Part shown: positions 55,514-64,000 of the stretch, piece by piece
How positions within the stretch are numbered: position 1 is the first letter of the stretch
How the letters are laid out: each line of letters begins with the position of its first letter
Assembly (NCBI GenBank): GCA_048571215.1
Contig: CP182352.1
Coordinates: 2,080,001-2,144,000, forward strand
Direction of reading: 5' to 3'
Source of the DNA: Halarcobacter sp.
GTDB taxonomy: Bacteria; Campylobacterota; Campylobacteria; Campylobacterales; Arcobacteraceae
DNA: 64,000 nucleotides
Made by a program: the position numbers and the translations under genes
Notes under the pieces: generated by a model
What the model saw: the letters and a program-made list of their open reading frames with translations, nothing else
Databases searched by the model: none
What the model was told of the DNA's origin: nothing

Positions 55514-56503
55514 ATGGACAATGATATAAAAAAATATTTAAAGATTTTAAAAAAGACTGAAAAAAGTATAAAAAAACTTCCTATCAAAGAGCTTGATCAT
55601 GATGTAAAACAACTAAAAAAAGCCTTTGATATAGCTTATGATAATGAAGTTTTTGCCTTATATAAATATGAGAGTACGATACAAGACAAACTTAAATTTT
55701 TACTTTTTTGCAAACTAACAAAATACTCTGGAACTTTATCATTTTTAGCTATTCAAATACTTGCAGCAAACTCCATAATGAATAAAAATAACTTTTCTAA
55801 AAGAAAGTTTTATTTTAATAAAAAATGTGGAATTGCAATAAATCATCTAAGGGTAAATAAAACAATAATCAGTGCAAAAAAATGTAAAAATGGCTATAAA
55901 TTAAATGGAGTATTAACTTGGGCTAGTGGATATAAAATCTTTGATAAATTACTTATTGGATTTCATTTTGAAAATAAAGAGTATGAGGTCTTAACTGATT
56001 TTAAAGTTACAAAAAAATTTAAAATAGCCCAAGCCCCTGAAACTTTAGTTGGATATTCACTAAATACGATAAATGTAAAACTTGAAGATTTTTTTGTAAA
56101 AGAGGAAAATATAGTTTCTTCAAATAGTATAGGAAATTACACAAAAAATAAATCTTTATCAAAAACAGTTCATTATGCTCTATATGGGATAGGTTTAGGT
56201 GCTGTTAAAAATATTGAAAACAAAAAACTAAAAAGCTCTTCAAAAAGTAGATTAAAGAAAATAAAAAACAAGTTTTTAAACTCAAATAATGGTGAAGAAT
56301 TAGATAAACTTAGAATAGAACTTTTTAATTTAATACAAGATGTTATTACTACAGGTATGATTTTAAATGGAGGAAGTTCAATACTTCTTGAAAAAAACCT
56401 ACAAAGATATTATAGGGAACTTATAATGTTCAATTCAAATGGTTTAAACACAAAAATAAAAACTCTTTTTTTAGAAAGTTTTTTAAATAAATATATGCCT
56501 TAA
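55514..56503 (+). CDS. Divergent acyl-CoA dehydrogenase-like protein
   Basis: GYKLNGVLTWASG, VKLEDFFV, NGGSSILLEKNLQRYYRE match ACAD middle and C-terminal patterns. Confidence 0.65.
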   Translation: MDNDIKKYLKILKKTEKSIKKLPIKELDHDVKQLKKAFDIAYDNEVFALYKYESTIQDKLKFLLFCKLTKYSGTLSFLAIQILAANSIMNKNNFSKRKFYFNKKCGIAINHLRVNKTIISAKKCKNGYKLNGVLTWASGYKIFDKLLIGFHFENKEYEVLTDFKVTKKFKIAQAPETLVGYSLNTINVKLEDFFVKEENIVSSNSIGNYTKNKSLSKTVHYALYGIGLGAVKNIENKKLKSSSKSRLKKIKNKFLNSNNGEELDKLRIELFNLIQDVITTGMILNGGSSILLEKNLQRYYRELIMFNSNGLNTKIKTLFLESFLNKYMP

Positions 56504-56517
56504 ATGGCATATATTTA
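56488..56517. terminator. Bidirectional terminator-like hairpin
   Basis: taaatatatgcc-ttaaat-ggcatatattta between convergent genes. Confidence 0.65.
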
Positions 56518-56522
56518 AGATA

Positions 56523-56801
56523 CTATTGTCCACCACCAACACTTGCATCTAGTTCTGCATGTATATCTTCGTGGGGTGTTTTATTGTAATCATCTTTTGC
56601 ACTTTGTAGTGCATTTATCACTTCATCTATATTTTCATAAGGAATTTCAACATTTCCAACTGCTTTACCAAACTCTGTGATATCTACTTTTACCACTGGA
56701 TCACTATATTCACCATGTGGTTTTTCTACGTGTGAGATTTCTATTCTATCTTCACTAAAATGATGAGCTAATTTTATTGATTTTATATTTTTCTCTGACA
56801 T
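56523..56801 (-). CDS. Hypothetical protein, paralog 1 (ends VGGGQ)
   Basis: 92 aa; AAGGAG SD; about two-thirds identical by eye to 56957..57238. Confidence 0.85.
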   Translation of the reverse strand: MSEKNIKSIKLAHHFSEDRIEISHVEKPHGEYSDPVVKVDITEFGKAVGNVEIPYENIDEVINALQSAKDDYNKTPHEDIHAELDASVGGGQ

Positions 56802-56912
56802 AATTTGCTCCTTAATTTCTTTTATTGTGACATAAAGAAATAAAGTTAGTTATTAAATATTTATATTAGATTTTAAAATTTAAGTTTGATTTTAGCTAAA
56901 TTGAATTTGAAG

Positions 56913-56945
56913 ATAAAACATATGTTTAAAAAACATATGTTTTAT
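56913..56945 (-). terminator. Hairpin downstream of paralog 2
   Basis: ataaaacatatgttt-aaa-aaacatatgttttat. Confidence 0.6.
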
Positions 56946-56956
56946 TTGATTAATCT

Positions 56957-57238
56957 TTATTGTCCTCCACCAACATCTGCATTTAGTTCTGCATGCACAT
57001 CAGAATGGGGAATAGAATTAAAAACACTTTTTGCTTTATTTAGTGCATTAATCAACTCATCTATATTTTCATAAGGAATCTCTAACTTGCCACTGCTTTT
57101 ACCAAACTCAGTCACATCAATTTTAACAACAGGATCACTATAATCACCATATGGTTTTTCCACATGACTTACATTGATTTTATCTTTTTTAAAATGGTGT
57201 GCTAACTTAATTGACTTAACTTTTATACTTTCGCTCAT
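56957..57238 (-). CDS. Hypothetical protein, paralog 2 (ends VGGGQ)
   Basis: 93 aa; AAGGAGG SD; TGcTATAAT at 57266-57274 (minus). Confidence 0.85.
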   Translation of the reverse strand: MSESIKVKSIKLAHHFKKDKINVSHVEKPYGDYSDPVVKIDVTEFGKSSGKLEIPYENIDELINALNKAKSVFNSIPHSDVHAELNADVGGGQ

Positions 57239-57432
57239 AGTAGCCTCCTTTAAAGTTATTGAACAATTATAGCACTAAATGGATAATTTTCAGACATTTT
57301 TTCTGTATACTATTTATCATATTTTAAGTTTTGCTAAAAAATAAAATCTAAAATATAAGAAAAATGGAAAGTTTTGAAAAAAATAAAGTTTTAAAATCTT
57401 TTTGTAAATTTTAATAGTAACTAAAAAAGTTA

Positions 57433-57558
57433 TTAATAAATGATAGATAAAGGTGAAATATAAATTTTATGAGGAGCATACTAAAGTATGTGGCGATTAA
57501 AATTTATACTTCAACGCATAGATATTTTAAAAGATGATGTTTTATTTATCAATTATTG
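57433..57558. repeat. Nested palindromic element (RPE/REP-like)
   Basis: Inner stem catac-taaa-gtatg; middle stem tgaaatataaatttta/taaaatttatacttca (57454-57513); imperfect outer inverted repeat at ~57433-57451 / 57541-57558. Confidence 0.65.
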
Positions 57559-58206
57559 AGGTTTGAATGACTTTGTTGTCTTACATACATGAGGGAAAAG
57601 ACACTTATCGCAATCAGGATTTAAAGCTTTGCAAGTATATCTTCCAAACAAAACCATAGCTTGATGAAAAATATGTAAATCCCCTTTTAGTTTTTTAACT
57701 AAATGCTCTTCTGTTTGCTCAACTGTTTTACCATCACTAAGACCTAACCTATGTGATACTCTAAATACGTGTGTATCTACAGCCATAAGATTCGCACCCT
57801 CAGCTTCTATCATAAATACATTAGCGGTTTTATTTCCTACACCTGCAAGTTTTATTAACTGTTTTGTATCATGGGGAATATCTCCACCATGAAGATTTAC
57901 TACACTTTGAGCCATTTTAATAATATTTTTTGATTTATTATTAAAAAAAGAGCAAGATTTTAACAACTCTTTCACATCTTCAAGTGAAGCTTCTGCTAAA
58001 TCAAAAGGTGTAGGATATCTTTCAAATAAAGCAGGAGTTATTATATTTACTCTTTTATCAGTACATTGAGCAGATAAGATAATCGCAATAAGTAACTCAA
58101 AATCATTTCTATAATTTAATTCAGTTACAGCATCTGAATATTTTTCAACAAAGGCCTCTTTTATAATCTGTATATCTTCTTTTGTAGCTTTTTTTATTCT
58201 TGCCAA
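57553..58206 (-). CDS. nth: Endonuclease III
   Basis: ILSAQCTD, HhH LAGVGNKTA, VDTHVFRV, C-x6-C-x2-C-x5-C cluster. Confidence 0.97.
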   Translation of the reverse strand: MARIKKATKEDIQIIKEAFVEKYSDAVTELNYRNDFELLIAIILSAQCTDKRVNIITPALFERYPTPFDLAEASLEDVKELLKSCSFFNNKSKNIIKMAQSVVNLHGGDIPHDTKQLIKLAGVGNKTANVFMIEAEGANLMAVDTHVFRVSHRLGLSDGKTVEQTEEHLVKKLKGDLHIFHQAMVLFGRYTCKALNPDCDKCLFPHVCKTTKSFKPQ

Positions 58207-58265
58207 AATTGTATTCCTATTTTTTTAATAAAATTGTAGTGAATTTTTATTAAGAAAATATTAGA

Positions 58266-58271
58266 TATAAT
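58266..58271 (+). promoter_or_regulatory. Putative sigma70 -10 box of the lasso-like operon
   Basis: tagaTATAAT ~28 nt upstream of the RRE ATG; SD AAGG. Confidence 0.55.
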
Positions 58272-58299
58272 TTTATTTCAAATTACTTTAAGGTAAGAA

Positions 58300-58560
58300 A
58301 TGTTTATAAAAAGAAATGAAGAGTTACTATCATCAGAAATGGATGATGAATTAGTTATGATGAATCTTGAATCTAATAATTATTTTGGATTAAATAAAGT
58401 TGGGAAAGATATTTGGGAATTTCTTGAAGAAGAACAAACACTAAATAACTTATGTGAAAAGCTTACAAATAAATATGATGTATCTTTAGAACAATGCAAA
58501 GAAGATATTACTCCTTTTATTGATAAACTAAAAGAGTTAAATATTATTGAAGTATCTTAA
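58300..58560 (+). CDS. PqqD-family RiPP recognition element (lasso B1-like)
   Basis: 86 aa; MDDELVMMNLESNNYFGLNKVGKDIWE...YDVSLEQCKEDI..FI..L. Confidence 0.92.
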   Translation: MFIKRNEELLSSEMDDELVMMNLESNNYFGLNKVGKDIWEFLEEEQTLNNLCEKLTNKYDVSLEQCKEDITPFIDKLKELNIIEVS

Positions 58561-59005
58561 CTCCTTAATCAATTTTTTAAAAAGACCAAAGAGGGAAATG
58601 CTTTTAATTGTAAAATCATTTCTTTTACTTTTGCAAATTAAATTTCAACTAAAAAAATATAATTTTAATACACTTGCAAAAAAATATAATTTAATCTTAC
58701 AAAAAGATGATATTATCCATAAAGATATAGATATAAAAAAAGTAAAAACAATTGGCTGGGCAGTTGAAAGGTCAGCTTTACTTTTACCTTGGGATGGTTT
58801 ATGTCTTGTAAAAGCCTTAGCAGCACAACAATTACTTAAAAAACAAAACTTATCGGGAACAATTTTTATGGGTGTGAAAAAAGATAAAGAAGGAAAAGAA
58901 TTAGAAGCTCATGCCTGGCTTAAATATAATGATACTTTTTTAACTGGACGAGCTGGACATAAAGAGTTTACTGTTGTCTCAAGATTTACTTGGAGTATAA
59001 ATTAA
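58547..59005 (+). CDS. Lasso peptide B2 leader peptidase (transglutaminase-like)
   Basis: CLVKALA (catalytic Cys), GV, AHAWL (catalytic His); TTG start overlapping the RRE gene. Confidence 0.9.
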   Translation: MKYLNSLINFLKRPKREMLLIVKSFLLLLQIKFQLKKYNFNTLAKKYNLILQKDDIIHKDIDIKKVKTIGWAVERSALLLPWDGLCLVKALAAQQLLKKQNLSGTIFMGVKKDKEGKELEAHAWLKYNDTFLTGRAGHKEFTVVSRFTWSIN

Positions 59006-59006
59006 A

Positions 59007-60827
59007 ATGAGTAGTTTTAAAGATAAATATATTGATTTTAAAGCACAAATAAAATACTTTCCAAAAACAATAAAACTAATATGGAATGCTTCAAGATTTC
59101 TAATATTTGCTTGGGCGAGTTTACTAATATTTTTAGGAACACTTCCCGCTTTGCAAATATATTTAATAAAACCTCTAGTTGATACATTATCAAATATAGA
59201 AAAAGAAAATATAGATTTAATAATAAATGATTTATACTTGCCAATTATAGTTTTAGCATTAACTTTACTTTTAACTCCAATATTAACATCTTTATTATCC
59301 TATGTTAGAAATATACAAGCCCAAAAGGTGCAAAACTCTATTAGAAAAAAGATTCAAAAAAAAGCAGTATCTTTAGATATGAAACACTTTGAAGATAGTG
59401 AGTATTATAATAAACTACATAGAGCTCATATTGATGCTATTAGTAAACCCATTGCCCTATTAGAAAATATAGGAACCTTTTTTCAAAATATATTAACTTT
59501 TCTTGCTATATTAATTATCTTACTTCCAATTGCTTGGTGGTTCCCTTTAGTTTTAATAGTATCAATCATCCCGTCACTAATCATCTCATTAAAATTTATT
59601 TTAAAACTACATAATCATAGAATAAAAACTACGAAAGATGAAAGAAAATTAAACTATTTAGATTTTCTAATGACAAATAATGAATCAGCTGCAGAAGTTA
59701 GAACATTTAATCTTGAACATTATTTTAAAAAAATTTATTGGAAATTAAAACACTCTATTCAAAGTGAATATTTTTCAATTTTAAAATCCCAATTAAAGCT
59801 TGAAACGATTAGTTCACTTTTCTCTTTTTTTGTTGTTATTATTGTAATGTTATTTGTTGTAAATCAAACATTAAATGGTAATATTTCAATTGGTTCTTTA
59901 GTTATGTATTATTTTGCCTTTACTCAAGGACAAAAGGTCTTAAAAACACTATTTTCAAATATTAGTGAACTATATAAAAATATTATGTTTATTGAAAACC
60001 TATTTGAGTTTTTATCTATTGAGAATTTAAAAATCAAATATGATAAAAAACTAAAGAAAAATGTACCATGTAAAATAGAAATTAGTAATATATCTTTTAA
60101 ATATCCAAAAGCAAATAAATATGCTATTGAAAACTTATCAATGAATTTAGAACCAAATCAAATAACTGCAATAGTTGGAACAAATGGAAGTGGTAAAAGT
60201 ACACTAATAAAACTGCTTAATGCTTTTTACTACTCTGAGACGGGAAGTATAAAAATAAATGATGAAGATATAAGAGATATTGATCCAAAATCCATTAGAA
60301 AAAATATAACAATTCTTTTTCAAAATTTTATAAAATATAATCTAAAAGTTAAAGAGAATATAACTTTAGCAGATACTACAAAAAAAATATCAAAAGATAA
60401 ACTTGATGATATTAGTTCAATAGTAGGAATCAATGAAGTTATTAAAAAACTTCCAAATGAATATGAAACAGTTTTAGGAAGATGGTTTGGTGGAGTTGAA
60501 CTAAGCGGTGGGGAATGGCAAAAAGTAGCACTTGCTAGAGCTTATTTAAAAGATTCGAGTATATTAATACTAGATGAACCAACAAGTGCTATGGACTCTT
60601 GGGCAGAAGCTAAATGGCTAGAAAAATTTAAAATACTGTGCAAAGATAAAACTGCTTTAATAGTAACCCATAGATTTACCACTGCAAAACATGCAGATAT
60701 AATTCATGTAATGAAAGATGGTAAAATAGTTGAATCAGGTAGTCATGAAGAATTAATCAAACAAAATAGTCTTTATGCAACATCTTGGAATAAACAAATA
60801 AAAGAGTTTAAGGAAAAAGATGAGTGA
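59007..60827 (+). CDS. ABC exporter (fused TMD-NBD)
   Basis: Six-TM N-terminus; GTNGSGKST, LSGGEWQK, ILDEPT; no C39 peptidase domain. Confidence 0.95.
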   Translation: MSSFKDKYIDFKAQIKYFPKTIKLIWNASRFLIFAWASLLIFLGTLPALQIYLIKPLVDTLSNIEKENIDLIINDLYLPIIVLALTLLLTPILTSLLSYVRNIQAQKVQNSIRKKIQKKAVSLDMKHFEDSEYYNKLHRAHIDAISKPIALLENIGTFFQNILTFLAILIILLPIAWWFPLVLIVSIIPSLIISLKFILKLHNHRIKTTKDERKLNYLDFLMTNNESAAEVRTFNLEHYFKKIYWKLKHSIQSEYFSILKSQLKLETISSLFSFFVVIIVMLFVVNQTLNGNISIGSLVMYYFAFTQGQKVLKTLFSNISELYKNIMFIENLFEFLSIENLKIKYDKKLKKNVPCKIEISNISFKYPKANKYAIENLSMNLEPNQITAIVGTNGSGKSTLIKLLNAFYYSETGSIKINDEDIRDIDPKSIRKNITILFQNFIKYNLKVKENITLADTTKKISKDKLDDISSIVGINEVIKKLPNEYETVLGRWFGGVELSGGEWQKVALARAYLKDSSILILDEPTSAMDSWAEAKWLEKFKILCKDKTALIVTHRFTTAKHADIIHVMKDGKIVESGSHEELIKQNSLYATSWNKQIKEFKEKDE

Positions 60828-61608
60828 TTTTACATATAGTCTAAAAAAGTTTATATCATTTTTCTTTGAACCTTTAAGTATTTTATTTATACTTTTAACT
60901 ATTATTCTTTTTATATCACTATGTAAAGGGTATAAACAACTTATCCCTCTGATAATTTTTTCAATCTTATGGCTTTTTATTTCAAGTTATCATCCTGTAT
61001 CAGAATACTTTATAAAAGAACTTGAATCCTCTTTAAAACCTTTTCAAGTAGATAAAAAAGATGTTAAGTATATTGTTGTACTTGGAGGAGGGGCAAGGTC
61101 AACTACTTCTGATATACCCAATGCTCAGAAGCTTAAGTATAGTGGATATCAAAGATTTCATGAGAGTATGAGACTATTAAAAGCATATCCAAAATCAAAA
61201 GTTATATTCTTAGGTCCTAAATTAAAAAATAGAACTTATAGTGAAGCTTCTATTTATAAAGAGCTTGCACTAAATGCAAAAGTTGATAATAATAGAATAA
61301 TCATAGTTGAAGATGCAAAAGATACAATATCAGAAGCTAAAAGTGTAAAACAAATAGTTAATAGTGATTCTTTGGTTCTAATTACAACTGCTTTTCATAT
61401 GAAAAGAGCCTCAAAGATATTTAAAAAATATGATATGAATCCTTTATTAGCCCCTGTAAGTTTTGCTAAAACAGGCAAATATAAATGGAGTAAAATTCTA
61501 TCTATTAGTTCAATGTATAGAACTAACATATTACTTCATGAGTATATTGGTCAGTTATGGATAAAAATAAAATACTTTTTTATAAGGGATGATAGATTAA
61601 ATGATTGA
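60820..61608 (+). CDS. YdcF/ElyC (DUF218) family membrane protein
   Basis: Two N-terminal TM segments; IVVLGGG, DTISEA, ITTAFHMKRA, HEYIG. Confidence 0.88.
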   Translation: MSDFTYSLKKFISFFFEPLSILFILLTIILFISLCKGYKQLIPLIIFSILWLFISSYHPVSEYFIKELESSLKPFQVDKKDVKYIVVLGGGARSTTSDIPNAQKLKYSGYQRFHESMRLLKAYPKSKVIFLGPKLKNRTYSEASIYKELALNAKVDNNRIIIVEDAKDTISEAKSVKQIVNSDSLVLITTAFHMKRASKIFKKYDMNPLLAPVSFAKTGKYKWSKILSISSMYRTNILLHEYIGQLWIKIKYFFIRDDRLND

Positions 61609-62815
61609 TAATATCAGTGATAAAATTAAAATAAATCTTCTAAAAATGTTAAATTATAATATAAAGATTGATGATGAATTAAAATCTTTATCTAGTGATG
61701 AGATTGAAGAGATTATATTCTTATGTAAAAGACATCATATAAAAGAGTATTTATATTATAACCTAAAGAAAAATGATTTATTATCACTTCTTTCACAAGA
61801 GCAAATAAAAGATTTAGAAGACTCTTTTAAACAAAAAACTTTTTATAATATGTCTTTACTTGCAGAACTAAAAAATATATCAAAAGAGTTTAAAAAAGAT
61901 AATATACCACTAATTGCACTAAAAGGTCTACATCTTATACAAGATATTTACCCTCATATTGCATTAAGATATTCAAGAGATTTGGATATATTAGTTCCCA
62001 AAAATAAAGGTAAAGCTTCATATGAAACTTCAAAAAGATTAGATTACTACTGTGATAAAAAACTAACAGAATATGACTACTCTTTTAAATATCATCACCA
62101 TTTGCATCAGTTTTTTAACAGTAAAAAGGGATTTATACTTGAACTTCATGCTCACTTAAGTGAACAAATTCATATAAATACCAATAGGCTATGGCAAAAT
62201 TCAAAGGAAGAAAAACTTGATTTAGAAGATTTGATTATTCATTTATCTATTCATATGTCTTATTCAGATATATTTAAAAATGATTTAAGGCATTACTTAG
62301 ATCTTTATGTAGTATTAGAAGAGTTAAAAGATGATATAAATTGGAAAATAGTAAAACAAAGAGCAGAAGATGATAAGTGTTTAGAAGGTATTTATTTAAT
62401 GTTTAAAATCATTGGAATACTTTTTTCTATAACTTTACCAAAAGAGGTAGAAAGTTTTTATTCATATACTAGTCAAAGAGAACAAATAGTAAATAATGCA
62501 ATAGATTTTATGTGGCTTTATGATAAATCTTCACAAGATTATGTATTTTATAGAGCACAAAATATTAGTATTACACAAAGAAACTCTTTATTTAAAAAAG
62601 TATTATCAAGGATATTCATTCCAAAACATGAATTAGCATATATATATTCACAAGAAAAAAACTCTAAGAAGATATATATCTATTATTTTATAAGATTCTA
62701 TGATTTAATAAAAAGACACACATTTAAAATAATTGGTATTAATACAAATGACTCAAAGAAAAAGTTTGTTGAAAAAACTTTATTTGTATATAACTATTTA
62801 AACAAAGGTAAGTAA
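61601..62815 (+). CDS. Nucleotidyltransferase family protein (NTP_transf_5-like)
   Basis: LKGLHL...YPHIALRYSRDLDILV, ELH, LDL...INW. Confidence 0.85.
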   Translation: MIDNISDKIKINLLKMLNYNIKIDDELKSLSSDEIEEIIFLCKRHHIKEYLYYNLKKNDLLSLLSQEQIKDLEDSFKQKTFYNMSLLAELKNISKEFKKDNIPLIALKGLHLIQDIYPHIALRYSRDLDILVPKNKGKASYETSKRLDYYCDKKLTEYDYSFKYHHHLHQFFNSKKGFILELHAHLSEQIHINTNRLWQNSKEEKLDLEDLIIHLSIHMSYSDIFKNDLRHYLDLYVVLEELKDDINWKIVKQRAEDDKCLEGIYLMFKIIGILFSITLPKEVESFYSYTSQREQIVNNAIDFMWLYDKSSQDYVFYRAQNISITQRNSLFKKVLSRIFIPKHELAYIYSQEKNSKKIYIYYFIRFYDLIKRHTFKIIGINTNDSKKKFVEKTLFVYNYLNKGK

Positions 62816-62820
62816 TAAAC

Positions 62821-64000
62821 GAGACCGTTCAAAAATCTGTGTCAAGTCACCTAAAGTAACAAATCCATACTTGTTACAACTCTAAATAATTATCCAATCT
62901 CCCTTCGAAAAATATAGCAAGTTGGGAGATTGTTAAACTCCAATTATGCACTGGCTGAGTCCATTTTACTTTTGCATTTAATATTCCCATATACAACAAT
63001 TTTAAAAGTGAATTCTCATTAGGGAAAGCTCCTTTTGTTTTGGTTAATTTTCTAAATTGCCTATGTACAGATTCAATAATATTTGTAGTGTACATAATCT
63101 TTCTTATCTCTTTTGGATATTTAAAATAATAAGATAAATTCTCCCATTTATTTTGCCAAGATTGAAGTACTATGGGATATCTTTTCCCCCATTTTTCATC
63201 TAGTTTTAAAAGCTCATCTTCTGCAAGTTCTTTTGTTGTTGCTTGATAAACAAGTTTTAAATCTCTCATAAACTCTTTTTGGTCTTTAGAAGCTACATAC
63301 TTCAATGAATTACGAATTTGATGTACAACACAAAGTTGTACTTCGGTATTTGGATATATTGTTTTAATAGCTTCAGGAAAGCCTTTAAGACCATCTACTG
63401 ATGCAATTAGTATATCTTCTAATCCTCTATTATTTAAATCAGTAAGAACACTAAGCCAGAAGTTTGCTCCTTCACTTTGGGATAAATATAATCCTAATAT
63501 ATCTTTTTTACCATCAATTCCCATCCCTAAAACTGTGTAAACTGCTTTACTCACATACTTCCCACCATCTTTTATTTTATAATGTATCGCATCAAGCCAT
63601 ACAAATGGATAAATAGCTTCTAAAGGTCTACTTTGCCAAGCTTTTACCTTATCTATAATTTTATCTGTAATAGTGCTTATTGTTGCACTTGATAATTGTA
63701 TTTGATATATCTCTTCAATATGTTTTATAATATCTCTATAGCTTAATCCTAAGCCATACATAGATAATATCTTTTCTTCTATTTCATTAGACATTGTTGT
63801 TTGGTTTTTCTTTACAAGTTGTGGTTCAAAAGAACCTGTTCTATCTCTTGGAGTATTCAATTCAAAGGAACCACTTGTTGATTTTATTGTTTTAGAGCTT
63901 TTACCATTCTTTCTATTTTTATTTCCTGCAAATACATCTTGAGTTATATGAGAATCTAATTCTGCTTCTAAAGCAGCTTCAACTAATTGTTTTACTAATG
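62821..64000 (-). mobile_element. IS256-family insertion sequence (partial; continues past the window's right edge)
   Basis: IS256-like terminal sequence gagaccgttcaaaaatctgtgtc starting at 62821, downstream of the transposase stop. Confidence 0.88.
62874..64000 (-). CDS. IS256-family (mutator-type) DDE transposase, 5' end outside the window
   Basis: WLDA, DGLKG, QLCVVH, YTTNIIES; frame stays open upstream of 63860 (LVEAALEAEL...NRKNG...PRDR) to the edge. Confidence 0.95.
   Translation of the reverse strand, partial: LVKQLVEAALEAELDSHITQDVFAGNKNRKNGKSSKTIKSTSGSFELNTPRDRTGSFEPQLVKKNQTTMSNEIEEKILSMYGLGLSYRDIIKHIEEIYQIQLSSATISTITDKIIDKVKAWQSRPLEAIYPFVWLDAIHYKIKDGGKYVSKAVYTVLGMGIDGKKDILGLYLSQSEGANFWLSVLTDLNNRGLEDILIASVDGLKGFPEAIKTIYPNTEVQLCVVHQIRNSLKYVASKDQKEFMRDLKLVYQATTKELAEDELLKLDEKWGKRYPIVLQSWQNKWENLSYYFKYPKEIRKIMYTTNIIESVHRQFRKLTKTKGAFPNENSLLKLLYMGILNAKVKWTQPVHNWSLTISQLAIFFEGRLDNYLEL

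Noticed and set aside
56523..57238. The tandem small proteins as lasso precursors (YSDPVV resembles YxxPxL; T-E-F...E9 follows)
   Set aside because: Tyr-to-Thr spacing is 10 rather than the usual ~15, the core would start with Phe and be ~49 aa long, and the proteins look globular. They are also separated from the operon by nth. Worth only a co-folding check with the RRE.

Overview
Very AT-rich chromosomal window from a Campylobacterota bacterium, most consistent with Arcobacteraceae (inferred from gene content and order). (1) 1-21776, minus strand: a surface-polysaccharide locus. It has an export module (multi-SLBB protein, Wzz, YjbH/GfcD, small YjbE/GfcA-like protein), ugd, the GDP-fucose pathway (manC, manB, gmm, gmd, fcl), rmlA/rmlB, a short reductase, GT2, Wzx, two sulfotransferases, an O-acetyltransferase, and GT10 and GT11 fucosyltransferases, running off the left edge. 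(2) 21847-52637: mostly housekeeping genes (dnaB, ispG, cvpA-lysS-glyA-SPOR-trpE-pdxJ-pdxA, pyrH-rpoZ-spoT-tyrS-amiA, rplY-pth-lptF/G, folD-lepB-rpiB, mgtE). This stretch includes a probable ATT-initiated amiA and an unannotated 38-aa membrane peptide. (3) 52734-64000: an accessory region with an OprC-like copper TonB receptor, two tandem paralogous ~92-aa proteins ending in VGGGQ, an RPE/REP-like nested palindrome and nth. It ends in a tightly coupled lasso-peptide-like operon (RRE/PqqD, B2 peptidase, ABC exporter, YdcF/ElyC, nucleotidyltransferase) with no cyclase or precursor visible, immediately followed by an IS256 element. That operon is the best candidate for an undescribed system. All family calls are from motif recognition by eye; no searches were run.
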